NCBI GenBank assembly: GCA_902544065.1
Contig: CACCAS010000001.1
Span: 151,088 to 215,087, forward strand
Direction: 5' to 3'
Source of the DNA: an uncultured Pelagibacteraceae bacterium
Lineage (GTDB): Bacteria > Pseudomonadota > Alphaproteobacteria > Pelagibacterales > AG-422-B15
Length of the DNA stretch: 64,000 nucleotides
Below, piece after piece: positions 34,923-45,403 of the stretch. Both the position numbers and the translations under genes were made by a program. Within the stretch, counting starts at the first letter, position 1, and every line of letters starts with the position of its first letter. The notes under the pieces were generated by a model, which saw only the letters and a list, made by a program, of their open reading frames with translations, made no database searches and had not been told where the DNA came from.

Positions 34923-35415
34923 AAATAGAGGTTTTACTCTAATTGAACTTCTTGTTGTTGTAGCAATTATTGGAGTTTTGGCAGCTGTTGGTGCAGTTGC
35001 TTTTAATGGTTTTATGGAAAGTGCAAAGAAAAGAGCTACGATCGCTAATTTTATGAATGCTTCAAAGTTTATAGAAACAACTCTTTTAAGGTGTGATCTA
35101 GAAGGGGGTACTATAAAATTGTCTAATGATATCTCAATCAATTGTAATGTCACAAACAACACAACGAATGTAAATAATATTGCAGATTCATTTATGAATT
35201 ACTTTATTTCCTCTGGCTTTAAAAATCCTTATAACAGTAGTGATCCTGCCATAATAAGGACTGGTAGTGGAGGAGATACTGTAAATGGGCGTTTAAGACT
35301 AGACGAAACTGAATGTTCTTCGGGCAGCAGTAATAAAAAAATAGCCTTATGGTATAAAGTACATGATGAAGATCCAAGCCTAAAACTTTTTGAAATGTCA
35401 TCGTGGTGTAGTTAA
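34912..35415 (+). CDS. Type IV pilin paralogue P11
   Basis: MDGRNRG|FTLIELLVVVAIIGVLAAVGAVAFNGF. It shares the GFKNPY motif with the family. The start overlaps the P10 stop by 11 nt. Confidence 0.8.
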   Translation: MDGRNRGFTLIELLVVVAIIGVLAAVGAVAFNGFMESAKKRATIANFMNASKFIETTLLRCDLEGGTIKLSNDISINCNVTNNTTNVNNIADSFMNYFISSGFKNPYNSSDPAIIRTGSGGDTVNGRLRLDETECSSGSSNKKIALWYKVHDEDPSLKLFEMSSWCS

Positions 35416-35697
35416 ATTTAAAGAATAATCGTCAAATTCCATCCTACGCTCCATTTTGATAAAAAAATTAAAAATCAAACTATTCTGTCATTTTTTTACA
35501 ATTTTTTATTTGAACTTTTTTTGATAAAGTAAAGTATTGATAGAATTTATTTTCTTAAATTTTGATTTTGAAGTTAACCCTTAATTTGAGCCATTAAGCC
35601 AAAAAGATTAATTTTTTTTATTATCTCTTCAATTTAAACTTTTATTCTGGAGACTTTTTTTCTTAAGAAAATAAGTTAACATTTCATAATCTTTCTC

Positions 35698-35716
35698 GGG
35701 CCACCAATGGGCCACC
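35698..35716 (+). promoter_or_regulatory. Tandem GGGCCACC motifs, 11-nt phase (possible protein-binding site)
   Basis: GGGCCACC occurs at 35698-35705 and again at 35709-35716, in non-coding AT-rich DNA. The same arrangement occurs at 12427-12445 at the other end of the pilus region. Confidence 0.3.
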
Positions 35717-35837
35717 TGAACTATTGAATCACGTGCGCGGAATCCCGTCAATATGAATAGGTAAACTGCGGGAAAATAATTTAAAAGTGAGTCTTTTGAG
35801 TCACAGTGCGCGCTAATGAATCTGACGTGGAAATAAT

Positions 35838-35879
35838 TTACAAATCAATTGCTCTACCAATTGAGCTATAGGGGCAATA
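35838..35879 (-). pseudogene. Perfect 5' half of tRNA-Thr(UGU) (positions 1-38 plus 4 nt upstream)
   Basis: It is 42/42 identical to 12360..12401. Identity begins exactly at the 3' edge of the anticodon loop and extends through the tRNA 5' end. No 3' half follows. Confidence 0.85.
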
Positions 35880-35944
35880 TGCGACTGGAATATTTTTAAA
35901 TTATAAACTTTATTTGTCTATAAATATTTATACAATGCATTTAT

Positions 35945-36043
35945 ATGAAAAAATTTTTAGACTTTATTGGTGGACAAATAGCTCTCGCTTACCTTGTAGT
36001 ATTTTTTATACTTGTGTTAGCTATGATATCTTTAGCTCTCTAG
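35945..36043 (+). CDS. Possible 32-aa hydrophobic micro-protein
   Basis: ATG...TAG encodes MKKFLDFIGGQIALAYLVVFFILVLAMISLAL. It is below the ORF-track cutoff and its 3' end overlaps the convergent rlmB-like stop by 12 nt. There is no supporting signal beyond the single TM-like helix. Confidence 0.2.
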   Translation: MKKFLDFIGGQIALAYLVVFFILVLAMISLAL

Positions 36044-36805
36044 GACAGAATTAGAAATAGCATAAAATGCAATTGCAGCTGTATTTGAAACATTTAAACT
36101 ATCTAAGTCATCATTTATTTTAATTTTGATTACTTCGTCGCAGAGTGAGGTGGTTATTTTTCTAAGTCCTTTATTTTCAGAACCAAGAACAATTACAACT
36201 TTTTCAGGAAATTTTGTTTCTTTTATTGATTTACCCGCTCTCATCGCTAGACCATAAATCCAATAACCTCTTTCTTTTAAGATTTTAATGCAGGAACCTA
36301 TATTCTTTATTTTTGTAAAAGGAACTTTATCTACACCACTGGAAGCTGCTTTAGTTAAAAAAGAATTTTCAGTTACAGAATTGTCTTGTGTAATTATTAT
36401 GCCGTCGAGTTTGAATGCTAACGCGGACCGAAAAATTGCACCCACATTTTGAGAGTCTTCTAACTGATCTAATAAAACTATAATTGATTTTTCTTTATTG
36501 CAGTAATTCAAAAATTCCTTGAGCATTGGCACGCTGAGTTTTTCTACTTTGAGACAAATGCCCTGATGATTTGATATACCACCTAATAGGTTTTCAATCT
36601 CATCTCTCGTTTTTCTTCTCTTGCTAAAAGTAAATTTTTGCATGTTTACCTCTTGAATTAGCTTTTTTTCAGCTTCAATTGTGAAGTTTAACTCATATTT
36701 AATCCTATTATCATTCATTAGAGCGCTAACAACAGCGTGATGACCATAGATCCAGTAGTCCGAATTTTGCCTTTTTTTAGGGAGTTTTTTAAATCTATTT
36801 TTCAT
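36032..36805 (-). CDS. rlmB: SpoU/TrmH-family RNA 2'-O-methyltransferase (RlmB-like)
   Basis: 257 aa with an N-terminal substrate-binding-like region (WIYGHHAVVSAL). SpoU motifs are present (QNVGAIFRSALAF, VLGSENKGLRK, LDSLNVSNTAAIAFYAI). Confidence 0.75.
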   Translation of the reverse strand: MKNRFKKLPKKRQNSDYWIYGHHAVVSALMNDNRIKYELNFTIEAEKKLIQEVNMQKFTFSKRRKTRDEIENLLGGISNHQGICLKVEKLSVPMLKEFLNYCNKEKSIIVLLDQLEDSQNVGAIFRSALAFKLDGIIITQDNSVTENSFLTKAASSGVDKVPFTKIKNIGSCIKILKERGYWIYGLAMRAGKSIKETKFPEKVVIVLGSENKGLRKITTSLCDEVIKIKINDDLDSLNVSNTAAIAFYAISNSVLES

Positions 36806-36860
36806 ATAAAAAATAATTTATCACTTTTAACTTATTTAGGCCCAAAAATATTAATATTTA

Positions 36861-36889
36861 TTGATTTACATTACATTTTTAAATATAAA
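36861..36889 (+). promoter_or_regulatory. Candidate sigma70-type promoter for tRNA-Tyr/tRNA-Gly/tuf
   Basis: TTGATT - 17 nt - TATAAA, about 70 nt upstream of tRNA-Tyr. Such matches are common in AT-rich DNA, so confidence is low. Confidence 0.3.
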
Positions 36890-36958
36890 TCACTCCTTAA
36901 GGTTCATTAGACTATGTCTAGGGAAACTTGCCTAGAGATGTTTATTTAAACTATCTCG

Positions 36959-37043
36959 GGAGGGGTGCCCGAGTGGTTAAAGGGGACGGGCTGTAAACCC
37001 GTTAGCTATGCTTACGTTGGTTCGAATCCAACCCCCTCCACCA
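36959..37043 (+). tRNA. tRNA-Tyr (anticodon GUA)
   Basis: GGAGGGGTGCCCGAGTGGTTAAAGGGGACGGGCTGTAAACCCGT...GGTTCGAATCCAACCCCCTCCACCA. It has a long variable arm, anticodon loop CTGTAAA, and is 85 nt with CCA. Confidence 0.92.
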
Positions 37044-37077
37044 CGTAAAGGTGCCTTATGATAGCTTGAAGGAACAA

Positions 37078-37151
37078 GCGGGTGTAGCTTAGTGGTAAAG
37101 CTCCAGCCTTCCAAGCTGATTACGAGGGTTCGATTCCCTTCACCCGCTCCA
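37078..37151 (+). tRNA. tRNA-Gly (anticodon UCC)
   Basis: GCGGGTGTAGCTTAGTGGTAAAGCTCCAGCCTTCCAAGCTGATTACGAGGGTTCGATTCCCTTCACCCGCTCCA. It forms a 74-nt cloverleaf with anticodon loop CTTCCAA. Confidence 0.92.
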
Positions 37152-37186
37152 AAATTAAAGTTGTTTATAAACTGAGAGGAAAAAAA

Positions 37187-38377
37187 ATGGCTAAAGAAAA
37201 ATTTGATCGAAGCAAACCACACTGCAATGTTGGAACTATCGGTCATGTCGATCATGGTAAAACTACTTTGACCGCAGCAATTACAAAGGTTTTATCAGAA
37301 TCTGGCGGTGCAGAGTTCACTGCATATGATGCAATAGATAAAGCCCCTGAGGAAAAAGAGCGGGGCATTACAATTTCAACTGCTCATGTTGAATATACAA
37401 CTGATGCAAGGCACTACGCTCACGTAGATTGCCCGGGTCATGCTGACTATGTAAAAAATATGATTACAGGAGCTGCTCAAATGGATGGAGCTATTTTAGT
37501 TGTTAACGCTGCAGATGGCCCTATGCCTCAAACACGTGAACATATTTTGTTAGCAAGACAAGTTGGTGTACCGGCAATTGTCGTTTATCTTAATAAAGTT
37601 GATCAAGTAGATGATGCTGAGTTGCTTGAACTTGTAGAAGTTGAGATAAGAGATATTTTAAACGAATATGATTTTCCTGGTGACACGACTCCAATTGTAA
37701 AGGGTTCTGCGCTGGCCGCAGTAGAAAGTAGAGATGATGAAATAGGTAAGAATTCAATTGCCGAGCTAATGAAAGCAGTTGACGAGTTTATTCCGCAGCC
37801 AGAGAGAGATAAGGATAAGCCATTCCTAATGCCAATTGAAGATGTGTTCTCAATTTCTGGAAGGGGTACAGTATGCACAGGTAGAGTTGAAAGTGGAATT
37901 GTTAAAGTTGGAGAAGAACTCGAAATAGTTGGTATAAAGGATACGCAAAAAACAACTTGCACTGGAGTAGAGATGTTTAGGAAACTTTTAGATACGGGAG
38001 AAGCAGGAGATAATATCGGAGCTCTTTTAAGGGGTGTTGAGAGAGATCAAGTTGAGAGAGGTCAAGTACTTGCTCATCCTGGGACTATCACTCCTCACAC
38101 TAAATTTAAATGTGAAGCTTATGTTCTTAAGAAAGAAGAAGGAGGTAGACATACTCCGTTCTTTACTAATTATCGTCCACAGTTTTACTTCAGAACTACA
38201 GACGTGACAGGGGTGTGTAAGCTTCCAGATGGTACTGAGATGGTTATGCCAGGAGACAATATTTCAATGGAAGTTGAGATGATAGCTCCTATTGCAATGG
38301 ATAAGGGAGTCCGCTTTGCGATTAGAGAAGGTGGACGCACAGTTGGTTCCGGGGTTGTAACAGAAATCATCTCATAA
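37187..38377 (+). CDS. tuf: Elongation factor Tu
   Basis: 396 aa, [45 protein letters not shown]. Full-length EF-Tu. Confidence 0.98.
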   Translation: MAKEKFDRSKPHCNVGTIGHVDHGKTTLTAAITKVLSESGGAEFTAYDAIDKAPEEKERGITISTAHVEYTTDARHYAHVDCPGHADYVKNMITGAAQMDGAILVVNAADGPMPQTREHILLARQVGVPAIVVYLNKVDQVDDAELLELVEVEIRDILNEYDFPGDTTPIVKGSALAAVESRDDEIGKNSIAELMKAVDEFIPQPERDKDKPFLMPIEDVFSISGRGTVCTGRVESGIVKVGEELEIVGIKDTQKTTCTGVEMFRKLLDTGEAGDNIGALLRGVERDQVERGQVLAHPGTITPHTKFKCEAYVLKKEEGGRHTPFFTNYRPQFYFRTTDVTGVCKLPDGTEMVMPGDNISMEVEMIAPIAMDKGVRFAIREGGRTVGSGVVTEIIS

Positions 38378-38381
38378 CTGG

Positions 38382-38457
38382 AGGAGTGTAGCTCAACTGG
38401 TAGAGCACCGGTCTCCAAAACCGGGGGTTGGGGGTTCGAGTCCCTTCGCTCCTGCCA
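38382..38457 (+). tRNA. tRNA-Trp (anticodon CCA)
   Basis: AGGAGTGTAGCTCAACTGGTAGAGCACCGGTCTCCAAAACCGG...GGTTCGAGTCCCTTCGCTCCTGCCA. Anticodon loop CTCCAAA, 76 nt. Confidence 0.92.
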
Positions 38458-38471
38458 TTAAAAGAAATATT

Positions 38472-38660
38472 ATGAAACCTTTAAAATTTATTCAAGAAGT
38501 GAGAAGAGAAGGCAGTAAAGTTACGTGGCCATCATCAAGGGAGACACTCACAGGCTCAGTAATGGTAGTTATTATTACTGCTTTTGCTGCTGTATTTTTC
38601 TTAATAATTGACCAAATTTTTAGTTTTGGATTAGACAAATTAATAGGGCTAGTTGTTTAA
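38472..38660 (+). CDS. secE: Preprotein translocase subunit SecE
   Basis: 62 aa with a single TM, KVTWPS motif, conserved position before nusG. Confidence 0.9.
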   Translation: MKPLKFIQEVRREGSKVTWPSSRETLTGSVMVVIITAFAAVFFLIIDQIFSFGLDKLIGLVV

Positions 38661-39194
38661 ATGACACATAAGTGGTACATAGTACATGCCTATTCTGGTT
38701 TTGAAAAAAAGGTTGCTTCAGCTATTTTAGATAAAGCAAAGACAAAAAATATAGATACATCATTTAGCGAAATAATCGTTCCAACAGAAGAAGTTACTGA
38801 GGTAAAAAAAGGTAAAAAAAGAAACGCTGAAAGAAAATTTTTTCCTGGTTATGTACTTGCAAAAATGGAAATGAATGATGAAACATATCATATGGTAAAA
38901 GCGCTGCCAAAAGTTAGTGGTTTTTTAGGGCATACTCAAGGCAAGCCTTCCGCAGTCCCAGAAAGTGAGATAAATAAGATTTTACAAGACATTGAGGAAG
39001 GTGTAACAAGTCCAAAACCATCGATTACTTTTGAGGTTGGTGAACAGGTGCGAGTAAGTGACGGACCTTTTGCTTCATTTAATGGTTTAGTGGAAGAAAT
39101 TGATGAAGAAAGATCACGAGTAAAAGTTTCAGTTTCAATTTTCGGTCGATCAACGCCGGTGGAACTTGAGTATACTCAGGTAGAAAAGGCATAG
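38661..39194 (+). CDS. nusG: Transcription termination/antitermination factor NusG
   Basis: 177 aa, [18 protein letters not shown] motif region ([22 protein letters not shown]). Confidence 0.95.
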   Translation: MTHKWYIVHAYSGFEKKVASAILDKAKTKNIDTSFSEIIVPTEEVTEVKKGKKRNAERKFFPGYVLAKMEMNDETYHMVKALPKVSGFLGHTQGKPSAVPESEINKILQDIEEGVTSPKPSITFEVGEQVRVSDGPFASFNGLVEEIDEERSRVKVSVSIFGRSTPVELEYTQVEKA

Positions 39195-39195
39195 C

Positions 39196-39624
39196 ATGGC
39201 AAAAGAAATAGAAGGAACGTTAAAATTACAAGTACCAGCAGGACAAGCAAATCCATCACCACCGGTAGGTCCAGCTCTCGGACAAAGAGGCATTAACATT
39301 ATGGATTTCTGTAAAGTCTTTAATGAAAAAAGCAAAGGAGAGCAACCAGGTGTTATGTTGCCTGTAGTTGTCACATATAATACCGATAAAAGTTTCAGTA
39401 TTGAGATCAAGCTACCACCCGCGTCATTTTTTATAAAAGAAGCATTAAAAATTAACAAGGGATCTAAAGAACCTGGAAGAGACATGATTGCAAAAATTTC
39501 TATGTCTCAATGTAAAGACATAGCAGAAAAAAAGCTGAAAGATTTAAATGCCAATACTGTAGATCAAGGGGTAAAAATAATTGTTGGTTCTGCGAAATCA
39601 ATGGGCATTGAGGTAACAAATTAA
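39196..39624 (+). CDS. rplK: 50S ribosomal protein L11
   Basis: 142 aa, [30 protein letters not shown]. Confidence 0.97.
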   Translation: MAKEIEGTLKLQVPAGQANPSPPVGPALGQRGINIMDFCKVFNEKSKGEQPGVMLPVVVTYNTDKSFSIEIKLPPASFFIKEALKINKGSKEPGRDMIAKISMSQCKDIAEKKLKDLNANTVDQGVKIIVGSAKSMGIEVTN

Positions 39625-40307
39625 TGAGTAAAAGAATGAAAAATATTTTGAGTGAAAATGACCTAACAAAGTCATATGATATAGGTGATGCAGTTGAAAT
39701 AGCTCTAAAAACCTCAACAACTAAATTTGATGAAACAATTGATATATGCATGAACTTAAACATTGATCCAAAAAATGGAGAGCAAAATGTTCGAGGTAAA
39801 ATAAAATTACCTAAGAGTTTAGGCAAACAAGTTAAAGTTTGTGTATTTGTTACTGAGGACAAACAGCAGGAAGCAAAGGACGCTGGAGCCGATATAGTAG
39901 GATCTGACGAACTTATTCAAAAAGTTGAAGGAGGTTTTACTGATTTTGATAGGTGTATAGCGTCTCCAGACATGATGTCAAAAGTTGGAAAATTAGGAAA
40001 AGTACTAGGCCCTAGGAATTTAATGCCAAATCCTAAATTAGGTACAGTCACAAACGATATTAAACAAGCAATTGATGATGCCAAAGCAGGCGAAATTGAA
40101 TATAAAAATAACGAGACTCTATTGCAAGCAGGTATAGCAAAAGCAAGTTTTGATAAGGAAGATATAACTAAAAATATACAATTTTTTGTAGAGAAAATTT
40201 CAAAGGATCGACCTGCTGGCATAAAGGGAGATTTTGTAAAAAAAATATATATAAGTCCAACTATGGGGCCGGGTATTAACATCAATATAAATACGTTTAA
40301 CGGATAA
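39624..40307 (+). CDS. rplA: 50S ribosomal protein L1
   Basis: 227 aa, L1 motifs and conserved position. Confidence 0.95.
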   Translation: MSKRMKNILSENDLTKSYDIGDAVEIALKTSTTKFDETIDICMNLNIDPKNGEQNVRGKIKLPKSLGKQVKVCVFVTEDKQQEAKDAGADIVGSDELIQKVEGGFTDFDRCIASPDMMSKVGKLGKVLGPRNLMPNPKLGTVTNDIKQAIDDAKAGEIEYKNNETLLQAGIAKASFDKEDITKNIQFFVEKISKDRPAGIKGDFVKKIYISPTMGPGINININTFNG

Positions 40308-40310
40308 ACT

Positions 40311-40817
40311 ATGAATAGAGAACAGAAAGAAATTTTTATTAAAAATATTAAAACTATTGTCGATGAGAACAGTCTTGTTCTTGTATTTCACTATAGGGGT
40401 ATGTCAATGAATGAAATGACAGATTTACGAGTTCAATCGTTTAATAGTGGTTGCAATATTAAAGTTACAAACAATAGATTGGCAAAATTAGCATTAAAAG
40501 AAACAAATAAAGTTGTTCTATCCGACTTCTTTGATGGCCCAACAGCGATTGCATATTCTAATGACCCTGTTTCACTAACAAAACTACTAGTTGAATTCGC
40601 AAAGAATAACAATAACTTAGTTGTCTTGGGTGGAATAATGGATAATGAAATTTTAAGTGTTGAAAAAATTGAAATTTTATCTAAATTGCCAGCTCTCGAG
40701 GAAATAAGGGCAAAATTAATAGGTTTGATCAGTACACCTGCGCAGAAAATAGCTTCGATATTGACTGCACCATCAGGTGATCTAGCAAGAGTAGTTAACG
40801 CATACAGTTCAAAATAA
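40311..40817 (+). CDS. rplJ: 50S ribosomal protein L10
   Basis: 168 aa, conserved position. It starts only 3 nt after rplA. Confidence 0.93.
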   Translation: MNREQKEIFIKNIKTIVDENSLVLVFHYRGMSMNEMTDLRVQSFNSGCNIKVTNNRLAKLALKETNKVVLSDFFDGPTAIAYSNDPVSLTKLLVEFAKNNNNLVVLGGIMDNEILSVEKIEILSKLPALEEIRAKLIGLISTPAQKIASILTAPSGDLARVVNAYSSK

Positions 40818-40844
40818 TATTTTAAATTAAGAAAGGGAATAAAC

Positions 40845-41222
40845 ATGGCTGACCTTCAACAAATAGTTGATCAACTTTCAGATCTAACAGTTATCGAAGC
40901 TGCGGAGCTTTCAAAATTATTAGAAGAAAAGTGGGGGGTTTCTGCTGCTGCACCTGTAGCTGTTGCAGCTGCTGGCGTCACACCTGCAGGAGATGCCGCT
41001 GAAGAAGAAAAAGATGAATTTACAATAGTCCTAGCTGCTGCTGGAGACAAAAAAATTAACGTAATTAAAGAAGTCAGAACGATTACTGGTTTAGGTTTAA
41101 AAGAAGCAAAGGATTTAGTAGAAGGTGCGCCAAAAGAATTAAAGACAGGGGTATCTAAAGACGAAGCAAATGGTTTCAAGGAAAAACTTGAATCTGCAGG
41201 CGCAACAGTAGAACTTAAATAA
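40845..41222 (+). CDS. rplL: 50S ribosomal protein L7/L12
   Basis: 125 aa, Ala-rich hinge, [27 protein letters not shown]. Confidence 0.97.
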   Translation: MADLQQIVDQLSDLTVIEAAELSKLLEEKWGVSAAAPVAVAAAGVTPAGDAAEEEKDEFTIVLAAAGDKKINVIKEVRTITGLGLKEAKDLVEGAPKELKTGVSKDEANGFKEKLESAGATVELK

Positions 41223-41287
41223 CTTAAAACAATATTTTAGTTAATAGCTTTTGAAATGAGCTATTATCAATAGGTGAATATACATTA

Positions 41288-44200
41288 GTGGTTAATACAT
41301 TATCATTTACTGAAAGAAAAAGAGTCCGTAAAAATTTTGGGAAACTGAAAGAAGTTTCAAAATTCCCTAACCTAATTGAAATACAAAAAAAATCATACGA
41401 GGAGTTTTTGCTTGAAGAAACTCATCCATCAAAGAGGCCAGATCGTGGTCTTCAAAAAGTATTTAAAAGCGTATTCCCACTTGAGGATTTTTCTGGTTCA
41501 GCCAGGATAGAATACATCGAATACGATTTGCAAGAAACAAAGTTTGATGTAGATGAATGTCGTCAAAGAGACAAAACATACGCTGCACCATTAAATGTAA
41601 AGCTGCGTCTTATAGTTTTCGATATAGATGAAGAAACGGAGTCAAGAACTGTCAAAGATATAAAAGAACAAGAGATATATCTATGTGATCTGCCACTTAT
41701 GACTCAAAAGGGAACTTTTATTACAAATGGTACTGAGAGAGTTGTGGTCAGCCAGATGCACCGAAGCCCAGGAGTATTTTTTGATCACGACAATGGAAAA
41801 ACACATTCAAGTGGAAAACTATTATTTGGAGCAAGAGTAATACCATACAGAGGGTCTTGGTTAGACATTGAATTTGATCATAAAGATATTTTGCACTGCA
41901 GAATAGATCGTAAGAAAAAAATTCCAATTACAACTTTCTTAATGTCGATGGGCATAAAGCGAGAGGAAATACTTGGATTATTTTATAATACAGAAATTTA
42001 TAATTTCATCGCTAAAGACGGAAAATGGAAGTTTAATTTTAACCCTAAAAATATTAAAACTGGAAAGTTGCAGAAAAGTCTAATAAATGCATCTGGAGGC
42101 AGGGTTGCAGTAAAAAAAGGTACTAAAATTAATCCGGCGATTGCAAGAAAATTATTTAATGACGGGCTTAAATATTTACTAATTGATGATGATGACTTGA
42201 TTGGTAAGTATGTTGCTGATGATATTGTTAACGAAAGCACAGGAGAAATCTATTTAGAATCTTCTGATGAAATAACTCCAGAGGCGCTAGAAAAAATCAA
42301 GGACTTAAAAATAAGCAATCTTCCAATATTAGAAATTGATGGAATTAATGTAGGTTCATTTATAAGAGACACTCTAGCAATTGATAAAAACTTAAGTCCG
42401 GAAGAGGCTGTGGTTGAGATTTATAAAGTTCTCAGACCTGGGGAGCCACCTAATTTAGAAACCGCGTTTGAGGTATTTAATTCATTGTTTTTTAAATCCG
42501 ACAAATATGATTTATCGGATGTTGGAAGAGTTAAAATGAACTATCGCTTAAATATAGAGTGTCCTGATACAACTACAGTTTTAAGAAGTGAAGATGTTAT
42601 TGAAGTGGTTAAGACTGTTATGGACTTAAGAACAGGTAAGGGTGAAGTTGACGATATTGACCATCTTGGTAATAGGCGAGTAAGATCTGTTGGTGAGCTA
42701 GTTGAGAATCAATTTAGAATGGGTCTTATAAGAATGGAAAGATCCATAAAAGAAAGGATGAACTCATTAGAGGTAGATGCAGTCACGCCGCAAGATATAA
42801 TTAATGCAAAACCACTGGTTGCGTCACTTAAAGAATTTTTTGGAACTTCTCAGTTATCACAGTTTATGGACCAAACAAATCCTTTAGCCGAAATAACTCA
42901 TAAAAGAAGACTCTCAGCCCTTGGTCCAGGAGGATTAAGTAGAGAAAGAGCTGGGTTTGAAGTAAGAGATGTTCACCCGACTCATTATGGAAGAATTTGT
43001 CCAATTGAAACTCCAGAAGGTCCAAATATTGGTCTAATCAACAGCTTAGCATCACACGCAAGAGTTAATCAATACGGATTTATAGAAAGCCCATACAGAA
43101 AAGTTGTAAATGGAAAAGTAACTAATGAAATTGAGTATTTGCCTGCCATGGAAGAGGCTGATTACACTATTGCTCAAGCTAATAGTGAAATAGACGATGA
43201 AGGTAAGTTTGTCACAAAACTAGTATCTTGCAGGCGTGATGGTGATTTTGTAATGACGATAGCAAATGAAATTAACTATATGGATGTTTCTCCAAAGCAG
43301 GTAGTTTCTTGCGCAGCTTCACTAATTCCTTTTCTTGAGAATGATGATGCGAATAGAGCACTTATGGGATCTAATATGATGAGACAAGCCGTTCCTCTGA
43401 TTCAAGCTGAATCGCCACTAGTAGGAACAGGAGTAGAAAAGGTTGTTGCAATAGATTCTGGAGTAACAATTATAGCGAGAAGAGATGGAATCGTAGACAA
43501 GATTGATGGTAAAAGAATTGTAGTAAGGGTTACTGAAAAAATCAAAACCAATGAGTCTGGTGTTGATATTTATACTTTACAAAAATTTCAAAGGTCAAAT
43601 CAAAGTACTTGTATAAATCAGAGACCATTAGTCAAAGTCGGTGACAAGGTATCTAAAGGTGATATTATTGCTGATGGTCCGTCAACTCATCTTGGAGAAT
43701 TGGGCTTGGGAAGAAATGTTGTTGTAGCATTTATGCCTTGGAGAGGTTACAATTTTGAAGACTCAATTTTAATTTCTGAAAAAATTGTACAAGAAGATAA
43801 ATTTACCTCGATCCATATCGAGGAGTTTGAGGTAATGTCAAGAGATACGAAATTAGGCTCTGAGGAAATAACAAGAGATATTCCAAATGCAGGTGATGAA
43901 ACACTTCGCAACCTTGATGAGGCGGGAATCGTCTATGTAGGTGCAGATGTAAGTCCTGGTGACATACTTGTTGGGAAAGTAACTCCTAAAGGAGAAAGTC
44001 CTGTGACGCCTGAAGAAAAATTATTAAGAGCCATTTTTGGGGAGAAAGCAACAGATGTTAAAGATACTTCTCTAAAACTTCCACCAGGATCTAGTGGCAC
44101 AGTTGTGGATGTGAAAGTATTCAACAGATATGGAATTGAGAAAGACGACCGTGCACTCTCAATTGAAAGAGATGAAATAGAAAAACTTGCAAATGATAGA

Positions 44201-45391
44201 GAGGCTGAACTTGGAATTCTTAATAGCAACACTAGGGAGAGATTAATAAATTTAATTGAAGGAAAAAAAATAGCTGAATTACCAGCTGGTATCACAGATC
44301 AAAATTCCCTTGATGATCTTTCTCTTCAATCAATTAAATTAGACTCTTTCTGGAAAGTAAAGCTTCAAACTGGCAATGATCAAGAGGATATTGATAACTT
44401 AAAAAAACAATACGATATTGCAAGATCTTCAATTCAATCGCGTTTTGACAATAAGGTTGATAAGGTTCAAAGAGGTGATGAATTACTTCCTGGTGTAATG
44501 AAGATGGTTAAAGTGTTTGTTGCAGTAAAGAGAAAGCTTCAACCAGGGGATAAAATGGCTGGAAGACATGGCAATAAAGGGGTAATCAGTAAAATCGCTC
44601 CAGTAGAAGATATGCCTTATTTGGAGAATGGTAGGACTGTAGATATTGTATTAAATCCATTAGGTGTTCCAAGTAGAATGAACGTAGGGCAAATACTAGA
44701 AACCCATCTAGGTTGGGCATGTGCAGGTATTGGAGAAATTATTAATAAATCAATATCCAGATATAAAGTAACTAATGACCACTCAGATATAGTTAAATCC
44801 TTGGAAAAAGTCTATGGGTCTGAGCAGTTTAATAATGAAATAGCTGATTTAAGCAATGAACAACAGAGAGAACTGGCAATGAATATTTCAGCTGGGGTTC
44901 CTATCAAAACTCCTGTCTTTGATGGAGCCTCTGAATATGAAATATCTGAAATGTTAGAAGATGCAGGTTTTGATAAAAGTGGACAAACTCATTTATGGGA
45001 TGGTTTGACAGGTGAGCAGTTTGAGAGAAAAGTCACGGTAGGTTACATATACATGTTGAAGCTTCATCATTTAGTAGATGATAAAATTCATGCTAGATCA
45101 ATTGGTCCATATAGTCTTGTGACCCAACAACCATTAGGTGGTAAAGCACAATTTGGAGGACAGAGATTTGGAGAAATGGAAGTTTGGGCCCTTGAAGCTT
45201 ATGGAGCTGCATATACTTTACAAGAAATACTAACTGTAAAATCAGATGACGTTGCAGGAAGAACTAAAGTATATGAAACTATAATAAGAGGTGAAGATGT
45301 TTTCCAATCAGGAACACCAGAGTCTTTTAATGTTTTGATTAAAGAGATACGTTCGCTTGGTCTTAATATAGAATTATCAAACTTAAATTAG
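41288..45391 (+). CDS. rpoB: DNA-directed RNA polymerase beta subunit
   Basis: 1367 aa with a GTG start. Contains [20 protein letters not shown]-like (NMMRQAVPL), GRHGNKGV. Confidence 0.98.
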   Translation: MVNTLSFTERKRVRKNFGKLKEVSKFPNLIEIQKKSYEEFLLEETHPSKRPDRGLQKVFKSVFPLEDFSGSARIEYIEYDLQETKFDVDECRQRDKTYAAPLNVKLRLIVFDIDEETESRTVKDIKEQEIYLCDLPLMTQKGTFITNGTERVVVSQMHRSPGVFFDHDNGKTHSSGKLLFGARVIPYRGSWLDIEFDHKDILHCRIDRKKKIPITTFLMSMGIKREEILGLFYNTEIYNFIAKDGKWKFNFNPKNIKTGKLQKSLINASGGRVAVKKGTKINPAIARKLFNDGLKYLLIDDDDLIGKYVADDIVNESTGEIYLESSDEITPEALEKIKDLKISNLPILEIDGINVGSFIRDTLAIDKNLSPEEAVVEIYKVLRPGEPPNLETAFEVFNSLFFKSDKYDLSDVGRVKMNYRLNIECPDTTTVLRSEDVIEVVKTVMDLRTGKGEVDDIDHLGNRRVRSVGELVENQFRMGLIRMERSIKERMNSLEVDAVTPQDIINAKPLVASLKEFFGTSQLSQFMDQTNPLAEITHKRRLSALGPGGLSRERAGFEVRDVHPTHYGRICPIETPEGPNIGLINSLASHARVNQYGFIESPYRKVVNGKVTNEIEYLPAMEEADYTIAQANSEIDDEGKFVTKLVSCRRDGDFVMTIANEINYMDVSPKQVVSCAASLIPFLENDDANRALMGSNMMRQAVPLIQAESPLVGTGVEKVVAIDSGVTIIARRDGIVDKIDGKRIVVRVTEKIKTNESGVDIYTLQKFQRSNQSTCINQRPLVKVGDKVSKGDIIADGPSTHLGELGLGRNVVVAFMPWRGYNFEDSILISEKIVQEDKFTSIHIEEFEVMSRDTKLGSEEITRDIPNAGDETLRNLDEAGIVYVGADVSPGDILVGKVTPKGESPVTPEEKLLRAIFGEKATDVKDTSLKLPPGSSGTVVDVKVFNRYGIEKDDRALSIERDEIEKLANDREAELGILNSNTRERLINLIEGKKIAELPAGITDQNSLDDLSLQSIKLDSFWKVKLQTGNDQEDIDNLKKQYDIARSSIQSRFDNKVDKVQRGDELLPGVMKMVKVFVAVKRKLQPGDKMAGRHGNKGVISKIAPVEDMPYLENGRTVDIVLNPLGVPSRMNVGQILETHLGWACAGIGEIINKSISRYKVTNDHSDIVKSLEKVYGSEQFNNEIADLSNEQQRELAMNISAGVPIKTPVFDGASEYEISEMLEDAGFDKSGQTHLWDGLTGEQFERKVTVGYIYMLKLHHLVDDKIHARSIGPYSLVTQQPLGGKAQFGGQRFGEMEVWALEAYGAAYTLQEILTVKSDDVAGRTKVYETIIRGEDVFQSGTPESFNVLIKEIRSLGLNIELSNLN

Positions 45392-45403
45392 GAAATTATA
45401 AAT

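Noticed and set aside
12398..35837. Active integrative element, prophage, ICE or a diversity-generating retroelement driving pilin variation
   Set aside because: No integrase, transposase, excisionase, phage structural, conjugation or reverse-transcriptase ORF is present in the interval. Every ORF of 60 aa or more is accounted for by pilus functions or small hypotheticals.
35838..37151. Possible E. coli-like thrU-tyrU-glyT-thrT-tufB tRNA operon upstream of tuf
   Set aside because: Only tRNA-Tyr and tRNA-Gly precede tuf on the plus strand. The tRNA-Thr piece is a 5' half on the opposite strand and is separated from them by the rlmB-like gene.
36977..37255. 92-aa minus-strand ORF spanning tRNA-Tyr, tRNA-Gly and the tuf start; similarly 38185..38418 over the tuf end and tRNA-Trp
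   Set aside because: They overlap two or three confidently folded tRNAs and EF-Tu. The composition is that of a shadow ORF.
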